The position numbers were made by a program, and so were the translations under genes. The notes below the pieces were generated by a model. It was not told the DNA's origin, did no database searches, and was given only the letters and a program-made list of their open reading frames with translations. DNA of 63,990 nt, counting the filler, from Perkinsus olseni (taxonomy: Eukaryota): the NCBI GenBank assembly GCA_013115125.1. It is 4 parts of 4 records of this genome, joined end to end, with 100 filler letters (N's around TTAATTAATTAA, not from the genome) between each part and the next. Parts side by side here need not be neighbours in the genome. Positions count along the whole stretch, not along the records: positions 1 to 16,043 come from JABANN010000684.1; positions 16,144 to 32,151 come from JABANN010000685.1; 2 more parts are not named here. The stretch is one strand, 5' to 3'. Below, one piece after another: positions 14,316 through 24,854 of this stretch. Each line of letters opens with the position of its first letter. The stretch's first letter is position 1.

Positions 14316-15096
14316 TGTACCTGAGCCAAGACGCCCTGCTATGCAGAAGTCGGCGGCGGTTATCACCAGAGGAGTTGGTCAGGAGGTAGTATTTGTTAGG
14401 GATATCTGCGCGCCTTGTGCAAACTCGAATATCCAGTTTCCAGTGAACAACAATAATAATCCCTTCTATAGATTATGGAGTACCCGCCTCCGCCCGCGGC
14501 TCCCCATCGTTACTAAGCCGGGTCGTCATGTCGGAGTACTGCAGTTCGCTGCCCTCAGGTCCACCATGGCGGTGCCCTCAATTCGGAAGGCTAGCCGGGT
14601 AGATTTTATGAAGACTCGTGACAGTGATCACGGAAAAGCCCGATTTTCTCGAACATAACTATCATCTTGTAGATTATCTCCTCATGTGAGAATGTATTAC
14701 ATCCGTTCGCGCAAAATTCACGAGCGGTTGTTGTTTCCTCCCCAAATCCTTGTTATTGGAATGCTGATACTCTCGAGGCCAGCAGGCCAGATGGTGGTTG
14801 ATGATGATCTTAGAGAACAGTACATTACCGTTGTAGTCGTTGTTCATATTCGTCCATTAGTCGTCAACTCGACTACAAGCTTGTTATCATTGCAGTCCGT
14901 TCTTTATCGTTGATGGTAAGTACTTTGCTAAGAGACCGATAGTAGTGGCATATTTTGGTGCGATGGTCAAGCTCATTCTGTGAGAATTCCTCATAGCCTG
15001 CTAAGAAGGTGGATCTGAAGCAGTCCCATCATCCATGCATTCGTAGTGGTAGTAATTTAGCATAAACTTTTTTGATAATCTTCTAGTCGATTGACG

Positions 15097-15097
<1 letters not shown>

Positions 15098-15165
<68 letters not shown>
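15098..15165. repeat. (TAG)n microsatellite
   Basis: Pure AGT/TAG run. Confidence 0.97.
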
Positions 15166-15750
15166 CGGTAGAGTGGCAGCAAGCCCCTAGACATCTTACA
15201 CATGGTGTCTGTCAATAGTTAGCCCCCTACCCCTTGCGGATCCTGCCATCATCCAGCTCGCATTAATATATCGCTTCACCGTGCTGCTGCTTCAAGCGAT
15301 GGCTAAGGGTGCGGTAGTACCGGTTCTCCGTGTCGTAGCGTAGCCTTGCACAATTCCTGTCACTTTGCTCCGTGAGGGGAGCATGGATGGAGACGATTTA
15401 ATCCTGCTCTCTGCTCACGAGACTGGGTCGCGTTTCTTGCACCACTTACGGAGTACCTTTATTGATTTTGGCGTACGATTGAGTCGATGCTGCCGAGGTT
15501 GGCACATAACACCACCCTGCTCCGTAAACCGCTGCCTTTTTATCAGATTATGTGTAAAGGTTGTTGTGTTGCTAGTTGAAGGATGGGTTACCTCTTGAAT
15601 CACCTAATGATCGCGGAGCTCACATCCTGCTTGATGTACAGAAGTGGTGCTTTAAGGATATAATCCTGCTTAGGACTCGGGTGATATGATGCGTCCGTGG
15701 ATGCAGCAGTGGAATAGATGCCATTGGATTATCCCTAGAGTTTTTACGTT

Positions 15751-16020
15751 ATGTCCCAAGAGAGTCCCAATGAGGACCCTGAGCTAGCAGAGGCTATCCG
15801 ACTCTCTTTGATAGACTCGGAGGCGGAACAGACTAAGAGAGGTACTACCCATTTAGGGAGGAAATTCTATCATGGAAAGTCAGCTCTGGTCCTTGGGAAC
15901 GAGGAAAGATTTTCTTTTTCGGAGACCTTAACGTCATCTCTCAGCTCAGTCTTTCAAGGGTATCACATAGGTGAAGCCGCCTGTGCACAGGAGATTGGGA
16001 GAGAGAGGCAATCGGGATAG
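15751..16020 (+). CDS. Protein with an N-terminal ubiquitin-interacting motif, probably truncated by the contig end
   Basis: EDPELAEAIRLSLIDSE matches the UIM consensus eeexLxxAxxxSxxe. Confidence 0.5.
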   Translation: MSQESPNEDPELAEAIRLSLIDSEAEQTKRGTTHLGRKFYHGKSALVLGNEERFSFSETLTSSLSSVFQGYHIGEAACAQEIGRERQSG

Positions 16021-16043
16021 CAGTAATGCGTAGATATTCACAT

Positions 16044-16143
16044 NNNNNNNNNNNNNNNNNNNNNNNNNNNNNNNNNNNNNNNNNNNNTTAATTAATTAAN
16101 NNNNNNNNNNNNNNNNNNNNNNNNNNNNNNNNNNNNNNNNNNN
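16044..16143. other. Artificial contig linker
   Basis: N44-TTAATTAATTAA-N44, which places stops in all six frames. Confidence 0.98.
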
Positions 16144-16223
16144 GTACGAGTCGAAGGTGTACGAGTATTCGAGACATGAGTCGAAAATGTACGAGTTTTC
16201 GGTGTACGAGTCGTGAACATCCC
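16144..16223 (-). mobile_element. Terminal arm of foldback/Mutator-like element, copy 1, truncated by the contig edge
   Basis: The reverse complement GGGATGTTCACGACTCGTACACCGAAAACTCGTACATTTTCGACTCATGTCTCG aligns to the sequence from 17034 onward. Confidence 0.75.
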
Positions 16224-17033
16224 GGTAATGGAAGCAAGCACCGAAGAGGTGTCTGCACTGCAGACACGCGCTGTCGGCGGACTCAGGCTCTGGGTACCCA
16301 AGTGTCTTGCCCTCGTCGGTGCTTCACGGGCCGGTTCGTACCGAACCGACCTACCCAGACCCACGCGATCAGGAGTGGGATATTCAACTTCCCGGCACCT
16401 TCTGTGAGTCTTTTGCGACGCTTGAGAATAGCATCACTGATTGAAGTCGGCCCTAGCCCAGTCGGTGCTGCAGCTTCCAACTTGGGCGAAAGGGCATTCG
16501 CCCATCGCAGATCAATACAAGGGAGGATGCAAGTGGTTTTCAGAGCAAACTGTTGCACAGGGAAGCACGTCGCGCTCAGGTGCTTCTCACCATCAGGAGG
16601 ACCGGAGGGCTCCTCGATCCACCATCCTCGTGATACATATCCCGGTATTTTGTGATCCCATTCTCCTTTCTCATATGCTGATAGATCATCAATGAGTCTC
16701 GAACTACCTCATGGTTCTCGTCTCACGTTGTCATGGAGGTCCACCTCGTTGACATCCCATGAGATTTGAAATTGATAAGCTTGAGTGGTGGTTTCTTGGG
16801 TGATAATGGCGGCCACGCCGACTCGGCCTCCGATGCTAAGCGGCCTCGAAATCTTTGACTCACATCCATCCTTGCCAACCTGGTCATCGAGCCATGACAC
16901 TGTCATGACGACAGTTCATTTCACCAGCCGAACTGTCTTCTTCAACCACTCTCGCGATTCGACAACTCCTTCAGCAGACCATCCCAGACCTTCTAAGATA
17001 GTCTCTACGTCCAGCACTACCGGTTTATCAGTG

Positions 17034-17370
17034 GAGATGTTCACGCTTCGTACACCAAATACTCGTACATTTTCACTCATGTCTCCACTACTCGTACACT
17101 TTCTAATCGTACACAAAATGCTCGTACACAAGAGATTCGTACATATAGAAGTAGTACCCATGATTCTCGTATACGTAATACCCGTACATGCAACACTCGT
17201 ACACATAATACTCGTTCATTTTCAACTCGTACATCGGCTCGCACATTGGCGTGAACAATATGATTTCCTTCGCTCCGCTATTGGCAATAGCCTATTGCTG
17301 CTAGCGCGCAGGCCGCGAAGCGCGGACCAAATATGCGACTCCGCGCATACGACTCGTGGTCGTGTATGAG
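17034..17370 (+). mobile_element. Foldback/Mutator-like non-autonomous element, copy 2 (arm, core and start of the inverted arm)
   Basis: GAGATGTTCACG terminus, about 13 units of 15 nt with a CTCGTACAC core (17045-17234), a unique core at 17247-17341, then inverted units ending GTGTATGAG. Confidence 0.7.
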
Positions 17371-17764
17371 GCTATCATAGCCCGGCTATGGGCTCCTGCC
17401 CGTGGAGCCTGGCAAAATAAGTTTCGAGTCGAGTCAATCTCTCTTCAAGACATTTAACCGTGCAGTCTCGATCCTCCGCCGGATTAAGGACTACGAAGGA
17501 CTACGACACGACGGACTACGGACTACGACGGATTAAGGCTCATGAAGGGCTCGTGGTCAAGGGCTGAATACGGAGTTAACCATTAGGAAATTAGAGTGAT
17601 TTTAACTACGAATGGGATGTCATCAAATAAGTCATACTCGTAGTCTGATGATTCAGGAGTAATCCGCAACTGCAGCACGCATCTACGTAGGCTATGTAAC
17701 GTAGCTCAGTCCGCTATGTTCCTCTTCGCAGCGGAGCGGTCGTCAGTATATTCACGAAGAGCAG

Positions 17765-17952
17765 TGGAGGATACCGCCTCCTGTATGCGCACGCTGGGTA
17801 ATACCGTGCGTATCTTCATGCATATCTTTGCATGAACGGTTTCAGCTAGCACCCATGCGGATGCTAGGTAATTAGACCAAGCTTTTGGATAAGCTGCTCT
17901 CTAAGCCTATCCTTAGAGTGTTGGGTTGAGTATCTATTCCCCATACGCTCCA
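17765..17952 (+). repeat. 5' LTR
   Basis: Direct repeat of 20314-20501 with TG...CA ends. Confidence 0.93.
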
Positions 17953-17971
17953 CTGGCACCCACCTACTGGT

Positions 17972-18517
17972 ATGTCCGAATTCTTCTCCGACGATGAGTT
18001 TAAGAAGGGTTTGAAGACTTCTGAGTCCTCCCCGGATGGCATCAAGACCGGAAATGAGTCTGTTATCGCCATACCGTCGACAACCAGTTCGGCCCTCACT
18101 ATTGCCGAAGCCTTGAAGCGTACCAACGCTCGCTTTGGCATCGGCGGCACCATTGAACAGTGCCCCGTCCGCGTGTTGTTGAACTCCCTCCAGTACGGCG
18201 CCGCGACCGAGTTTCGAACGGTTCGCCACCTTACCTGGACTTCCTCTTTGGACGAGCTCTACGACTACGTGTGCAAGCAGCTAGCTTCCTTATCGGAGTT
18301 GGCCAAGACCGCCGGCCTCGGCTTCCACCAGCCCGTTGATGATCTGGTTTCTTCTATGACTGGCCTTGGCCTCTGTGACAACCTACAACTGTGTATAATT
18401 GTCATATCATTATGCCGAGAACATGGGCCACGACGACTTGTCACCTCTGACATCGTGCGGTTGTATCTGCTGACTGCTGACGAAGACGTCGATGTCCTAT
18501 TAGACACAATCGCTGAA
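17972..18517 (+). pseudogene. gag-like ORF, interrupted by an insertion at 18518
   Basis: Starts 20 nt after the 5' LTR and runs into the repeat array. Identity is inferred from position only. Confidence 0.55.
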
Positions 18518-18860
18518 GGGTGTATCACGATTCGTACACCGAGAAGTCGTACACTATCGCTTCGTACACGACTCGTACACTGAATACTCGTTCACTCATT
18601 GGATTCATACATCGTCATTTCGTACACTTGAGACTCGTACACGTAACACTCGTACTCATGACACTCGTACATATAATACTCGTTCATGTAGAGAGTCGTA
18701 CACATAAAGTTCGTACCCGTGAATCTCATACACTGACAACTCGTACACAAGCACGACTCGTACACTATGCTTGCTGAGTCGCATTTTTGGGCCGCGCGGT
18801 GCGTGCAATGACGGAGCGAAGGAAGTTATATTGTCTATAGGGAGCGAACTGTTCGCGCCA
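18518..18860 (-). mobile_element. Foldback/Mutator-like element, copy 3, nested in the LTR element
   Basis: GGGTGTATCACG terminus and a 15-nt-period TCGTACAC array to 18765. Then 18776-18860 is the reverse complement of the copy 2 core. Confidence 0.7.
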
Positions 18861-18882
18861 CTCTGTGAGATAAAGTTTAGTA

Positions 18883-18955
18883 GTGTGAGTGGTATGGTGG
18901 TTAAGGTAGCAGACTCCCGATCGGAAGACCGCAGATTTGATCCTATGTGCAGGGG
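18883..18955 (+). other. Degenerate tRNA-like sequence (SINE head or pseudo-tRNA)
   Basis: A-box-like TGGTATGGTGGTTAAG, anticodon-loop-like GA-CTCCCGA-TC and B-box-like CGCAGATTTGATCCT. Stems are imperfect. Confidence 0.45.
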
Positions 18956-19089
18956 CTCCTTTACCAGGTAGGAGGTAGAGTTGTACTAAAAGGCGCGAGA
19001 ACGCCAGCGGGGCCGGCGCGAATATTTTTTGGGCAAGTCGCGGAGCATCTCCGCGACTTGCCTTCGCGGATGTTGGAGTACTCAGATCC

Positions 19090-20214
19090 TCTGACTTCAA
19101 AGGTCCACTGCCACCGAGCCCCAACTCTACCGGTCCCGTGACGGCGGTGCTGACCATAGTCAGCAGGCGGTGGCGCTATGTACCTACGTGGCCGATAAAG
19201 GCCTGCCGCGAAGGATACACAGTGATCGAGGGGTGAGCTTCGTCAATGAGCTGTGGACTTCCCTGTCTTCGTTGGTCGGTGTAAAACTCACCAACTCACC
19301 ATCATACTGCCCAACGGCCAATGGCCGTGCAGAGTCCCACAAGAGTACATGGCCGTGCCGTGCAGAGTACTTCGAGCTGCCGAGGATGCCGGCGATCCTT
19401 CGTGGCATCTATGGGTTCCACTTCCACAACCACAGGTCTGGTAGTACGACAGGGATCAGTCCCTACCAGCTCATGTACGGCGAGTCACCTATCACGCCTA
19501 TCTCTACTCTTCTAGAGAATGCGACGGCTCCTCCTTCGGAGCCCGAGCCGCAGTTGCTGGAACGGTTGCGCTCTCGCCTACGCTGCTTCTACCAAGCCCA
19601 CCTCCAGCAGCAACTGGATATCTCCTGCTACAACAAGGACTACCGGTCAGTGACGTCGAGTTGTCGTGGCCTGCACCCCCTCACGGTTGGTGATCAAGTC
19701 CTCTGGCATACGCCGAATGGAGTAACAGGTCCCCACACTGTAACTTCCATGACCAAGACGACTGCCACTCTGTCTCGCTCATCTGCATCCCCGGCCGTGG
19801 CCTCGCTGCGACAGCTGCAACGCTTTGTTCCCGATCCCCAACGAGCAACGTTGCCCGGTATATGTCTATCGAGCACCAGCCAACGTTGGCCCCGATGATG
19901 TTGTGGCCCTACAACTTCCTGACACCGGCGAGTACATGCTCGGTCGTGTCCTGTCGCGCACTGCTTGCCCGGGACCTACTGACAACAACCAGTGGTGGAA
20001 GGTTCACCTGCTAGATGGTGGAACGGCCTCCCCTGCACACTCTCGCCCGTCGAATCGAATCAACGTGGCCGACGATGCCCTCGAGGATATTCTGCGGCTA
20101 CTATTGATGCACCCCAGAGTCGATTCGATTCGGAGACCCTTTCGCTTAGACGGAAGAGGTTGTTTACCCACAATGGTTCAGCGACACCTACGCACTATTG
20201 GTTATGGTGTGTGA
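19090..20214 (+). pseudogene. Retroviral-type (rve) integrase, frameshifted and partly deleted
   Basis: DDE motifs SDFKGPLP (about 19090), RIHSDRGVSF and ANGRAES, plus the Ty3/gypsy-type TGISPYQLMYG. The C-terminal part continues in another frame (19825-20214). Confidence 0.88.
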
Positions 20215-20313
20215 CTAGTCGTATCATTCATTTATATATCGTAATCGTCTCGGTGTATCAGCATTGCGCATCCATTCTCCGAGAACACTATTGATTTCTC
20301 TGGCGGCGGATAC

Positions 20314-20501
20314 TGGAGGATACCGCCTCCTGTATCCGCACGCTGGATAATACCATGCGTATCTTCATGCATATCTTTGCATGAACGGTTCAATCTAGCA
20401 CCCATGCGGATGCTAGGTAATCAGACTAAGCTTTTGGATAAGCTGCTCTCTAAGCCTATCCTTAGAGTGTTGGGTTGAGTATTTATTCCCCATACGCTCC
20501 A
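20314..20501 (+). repeat. 3' LTR
   Basis: Direct repeat of 17765-17952. Confidence 0.93.
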
Positions 20502-22660
20502 GCAGGTTGGGCTTCAATAAGGGGCCAGAGGCCAGTGCGCAGCACCAACCGCACTATCGATACGCCAAGATGTTCTCCCTGTCTATTATGCTGCTATATA
20601 CCTCCTATGCCACAACTCTGCATATACTGTATGTCATCTACTACTATATTGTTCACGTCAGATTCCAGCCCTCAATGAGAGCCCCTCATTACACTCCTAT
20701 CCAAGCCCGATACAAGGACGGATACCATCTCATGTTTCTCTACTCTATCTTTGAAATGCTACAGGTCTCACTCACACTTGCGAAAGTAAGTCACTCCCAC
20801 CTGTGACTTGCCCTGTAAGTGCTTCCTACTCTAGCCTAGTGGGAATGGGAGGCTCATGTCCGCTGGTCTTCGTCGTTGTCTCGCCTCTCATCTCTAAACC
20901 GTCAGTCCCGTTGGGACAGTGGACTCACTGACGCTCATAACCATTCTGGTGTGCAATGGTTTTGGTATGGGCGAACCGTCAATAGGCGTCTAATTCCCCG
21001 ATTGAAGGCGTTGCGTTGCGGTGTGTGACGAGAATCAGTATATAGGAATTTGAGAATTCACATCCATCTCAGGTATCTTGTGGAACAGACCAGAGCGTAA
21101 CGAGCACAGGCTCCAGCTTATCGTGCAAGCCTATTATGCCTATCGTGCTTATCGATATTATCATCGAAGCCTACCGTGCGAACACCTGACGACGCTCGCC
21201 GAAAATCCCTGGGAACCCCGCTTTCCCACGGTATGAAAGCGGATGAGGCTTAAAGTTTGATCATATACGTTTCCGCCGGGAACTTCCCGGGCATAGGGAA
21301 TACGAGTCTGCGGTTGCCGAGATAGAAGTATTAATATATTGATTGTAGAGGAATAGCAAGAGTGCAAGATGCTGAAGCCTTGCCCTCAGCTATTGCCATC
21401 AGAGTGAATCAACCCAGGAGGCTGGCGTGATCCTGAGAACGCCAAACCGGCCAAAGATTCCTGTAATTTTCCCCCCAAAAAGTCGATAATGGACAAACAT
21501 TTGTTCATCTAACTTTCCAATCGCGCATGACGATCGGAGGACCCGATTCAGATCGAAGGTTGTCACAACAATCGGGAGGTTTTCAACTACAGGAGACCAC
21601 GCAGAAGTCTCGCTGAACTTTCCGGTTAAAAGTGTAGTTGCGGTGGTAGCCCAGTGAACACTAGCCACCTTGGTACTTCCCCGAGCACAATCGCCGAGGA
21701 CGCGTGCCGAAGTGAATGACCCGGAGATTTCTCTTCACTTCAAATGCGTCTTCCGTATTATACCTGCCGGCTATACTCGCGATTCCGGGACATCCCCGAC
21801 AGATGTGAAATGATTACTGGCAGTACCCCCGTGTAGCTGGTAGCAAATCCACTGACGTGATTGAGGCCATCAGTTACAGCGAGAGCTACAACTTGAAGTG
21901 CTTGAACGGAACGTACCCGTAGAATCCATTCAAGAGTATTACTTTCTGTCAAATGAGAGCTAATGAGAAAATCAGTGAACGACGTGAGCTCAAAAGAGCC
22001 GGGACGGGGATGACGGATGATTTCGATGCAGTAATGATCCAGTGGTCGAGCCACTGGGCTAACGGCTGGGGCGTGAGCGAGGGGGAAAGGCATAGAATAT
22101 CGCAGAGTAGTTTCATGAATTGATTTCTATCTGAGCCCTATACTCGTTCGTGCCAGCACAACCAACACACCATTGGAGCGATCTCACCACCTACCTTCAC
22201 CAAGAACGAGTCATGTAGATTGAGCAGCCTGTGCGAATTTAAGAATTGTAGGGGAGCAGCATTGCACTCCACACACGCGTTGTCACACTAACACACTATC
22301 ATTATTAAAATAATGATCAAGAGCCACCCCCCCCCCCGCGGGCGACCCGTCTACACCATACGTAGATTGTCAGAGGGTGTAATAATGATGGCTTGTTATG
22401 GTCTACCAGTAGGCGATCATCATCCTTATCTAGCATAATTAACTTGAAATTACCGAGAGTCTATCATCATCATCATCAACTGCCGATCATTGCTCATCAT
22501 CATTGAATTTACTATCAACACTATCACTAGTAACTCAAGACCCATGTACATGATGGAATAGCCTTACTTCTTTAGCATCACAAGCCGTAGTTCTTTTAAC
22601 ACCAGCGACAACGTAATAATCAGTAGTACTGCTGCTGTTGCTGCAAACCATCATTAATAT

Positions 22661-23620
22661 TTACCATTGATCAGCACTAGCAGCGGCCCAATCACCACCA
22701 GTAGCACCTGTCCACTCCTCACCCTCCTCGAAGTAAGTACCATTAGCAGCAGTGGCGGCGGCACCCTCAGTAGTAGCAGCAGCACCAGTAGTCTCGATCA
22801 TGGTGTTCTTGGTAGCCTCGTAAGCAGCAGCCTCAGCAGCCATACGCTCTTGACGCTCAATCTCCTCAGGATCCCTCCAGAAGAATGAATCAACCATAAC
22901 TTCCCATTCAACGCCACGAGCAATCTTGCCACGTAGCATAAGAACTTCCCGGGCAAGAAGGTAATAGAGGAGGGCAATACTCTCCTTACCCTTGTTGTTG
23001 CAAGGGATGGCAACATCAACGAAGTCCAATGGAGAATCGGTATCACACAGAGCAATAACCGGGATATTAGCGTAAGCAGCTTCCTTAATAGCCTGGGAAT
23101 CGGTACGAGGATCAGTAACAATCAAGAGACGAGGCTCAGTGAACTTAGGGGTAATCTGGTTAGTAAGAGAACCAGGAGTCCAACGTCCAGCAACGGCAGT
23201 GGCACCGATAAAGTTGGCAAGCTTGAGAACAGCTCGGGAACCATAAGGGCGCTGCGATACAACCATGATATCCTTAGGATTCTCAATGGTAACCATGACA
23301 CGGGCAGCGGCCATAAGCTTCTCCCAAGTCTTACCTAAAAAGGAAAAAAGGAAACATACAACTACGGAGGTGTGGTTGTTGTTATTAATATTCCTACCCA
23401 AGTTGATGAGATTGATACCATCCTTATTACGCTTGAACACATAGCGTTTCATACGATAATCCAAGTTGCGTGTGCCGAGGTGGGTCTGAATAATAATGAT
23501 TATTATCAAGAAACAACAACAACATAACCCCCCGAGTATTACACTGCAGACCAGCATCTTCTGGATATCTTGTTCCTTCTGTGCGGAGGGGTCATAGACA
23601 GCAGCAACGGGGTCAGCCAT
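22661..23620 (-). CDS. RPSA: 40S ribosomal protein SA (uS2); introns 23486-23542 and 23335-23397; about 279 aa spliced
   Basis: Motifs [55 protein letters not shown] and [10 protein letters not shown]. Confidence 0.98.
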   Translation of the reverse strand: MADPVAAVYDPSAQKEQDIQKMLVCSVILGGLCCCCFLIIIIIIQTHLGTRNLDYRMKRYVFKRNKDGINLINLGRNINNNNHTSVVVCFLFSFLGKTWEKLMAAARVMVTIENPKDIMVVSQRPYGSRAVLKLANFIGATAVAGRWTPGSLTNQITPKFTEPRLLIVTDPRTDSQAIKEAAYANIPVIALCDTDSPLDFVDVAIPCNNKGKESIALLYYLLAREVLMLRGKIARGVEWEVMVDSFFWRDPEEIERQERMAAEAAAYEATKNTMIETTGAAATTEGAAATAANGTYFEEGEEWTGATGGDWAAASADQW

Positions 23621-23871
23621 GATGATTTACGAAGGAAGCAGCAGAAACAACGGCTAATATAATCGTCATAATTACTATTACATCATAATTACAATCATAA
23701 CGAGAACACAGAACCTACTAATCAACGCTGTGGCAAGAGGGTCCAGGGGTACCCCCGCGCGGGCGCCCAAAACCCTTCTAATCGATCATGTGATCGACCA
23801 AGATTGCAGCAAGCTATTTTACGACTTTTCAAGATTTCAAGATTTCGAGTCTTCCTCCTCCTGCATCACCA

Positions 23872-24136
23872 GGGCGAAGTATAAAATCCAAGGGAAAGGT
23901 ACAAAATCCAAGGAAGCGCGTGCGACAGAGATGCAAAAGCAACAGAAAAAACCCTGAGTTGCGGGTGAAGGCAGGAACGGGAAACCAGAAACCCCTCCCG
24001 AAACCCGACAGGGCAACCCGATCCCGGGACTGTTACCCAGGGCAACCAGAAACCCGAACTGTTGCCCAGGTAATGCAGATCCCTGGAAACTCTTCCTTGG
24101 ATTTTGTACTTCTCCCTTGGATTTTGGAAATTACCC
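23872..24136. mobile_element. MITE (265 bp), Mutator-like or hAT-like
   Basis: About 45 bp imperfect terminal inverted repeats (GGGCGAAGTATAAAATCCAAGGGAAAGGTACAAAATCCAAGGAAG versus reverse complement GGGTAATTTCCAAAATCCAAGGGAGAAGTACAAAATCCAAGGAAG). Flanking duplication TGCATCACCA/TACATCACCA. Confidence 0.82.
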
Positions 24137-24854
24137 TACATCACCATCATACAACGTAGAGAGATGGCGTTGCTTACCACCATACCACCAGACTGGGTGG
24201 TAAGTGATGATGATGATGATGATGACTGTGTCCATGCCTACTAACTTCATGTCGTGTTGATAATACTCCCTACCTTATCATCGTTAACAACACTATAGAC
24301 ATAACTAGTTCATATCGATGGGGTGGCAATACCCTCCTTCATTGATCGATGCTGCTGCTTACACACCCCCGAACCAACTTGACCAACGCAACATTCATGC
24401 AATCATCCTCTGTCAATATTATCATCATTATTACTACCTCACTGATGATTAATACATCAAAACGAGCCGATAATAATAATAGTTATGACCAACACCCCGA
24501 TGGTGGTTAGTATTACCAACAGCAGTATGAGCAGCAATAATGATGAGTATGATGGCACTAATGAGATGTTACTGCGGGAGGATGGATAAGTCTAATCTCA
24601 AAAACGGTATCACTCACTGCCACTACTGCAACACCAACTGATGACTCTTTCATGACAATCGTTCTATCGTAATGATCAATGATTAAGGTGAGTAGCAGCA
24701 TACATCACAGCAAACGATAGTAGCGTGTAATAGGCATTAAACCACATACAATGACTAGTATCGTCGTCAAGTGATGGTACACCAACATCATCATTCAACA
24801 TCACTAACCGTTGGAGCAGCAGCAGCAGTGGCATGTTCTCATCATCAACACACC

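Larger units (their letters stand above)
17765..20501 (+). mobile_element. Internally deleted Ty3/gypsy-like LTR retrotransposon
   Basis: 188 bp LTRs at 17765-17952 and 20314-20501 (TGGAG...CTCCA, 9 mismatches by manual count). 4 bp target duplication GCAG at 17761-17764 and 20502-20505. PBS-like TGGCACCCA at 17954. A gag-like ORF and an integrase core lie inside. Confidence 0.92.

Noticed and set aside
16044-16143. TTAATTAATTAA palindrome within N runs (also at 32152 and 48259)
   Set aside because: Identical synthetic linker between contigs. Adjacency across linkers has no biological meaning.
16785-17369. ORFs with LVHxx / CTSxx pentapeptide repeats (also 18520-18777)
   Set aside because: By-products of the 15-nt DNA repeat; they are open on both strands.
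17045-18765. CRISPR-like repeat-spacer appearance of the CTCGTACAC arrays
   Set aside because: The 9 nt core and 5-6 nt spacers are far too short, there are no cas genes, and the context is a eukaryotic transposon.
18883-18955. Functional tRNA-Gly(CCC)
   Set aside because: The acceptor, anticodon and T stems pair poorly and the TTCG loop is mutated. Kept only as tRNA-like.
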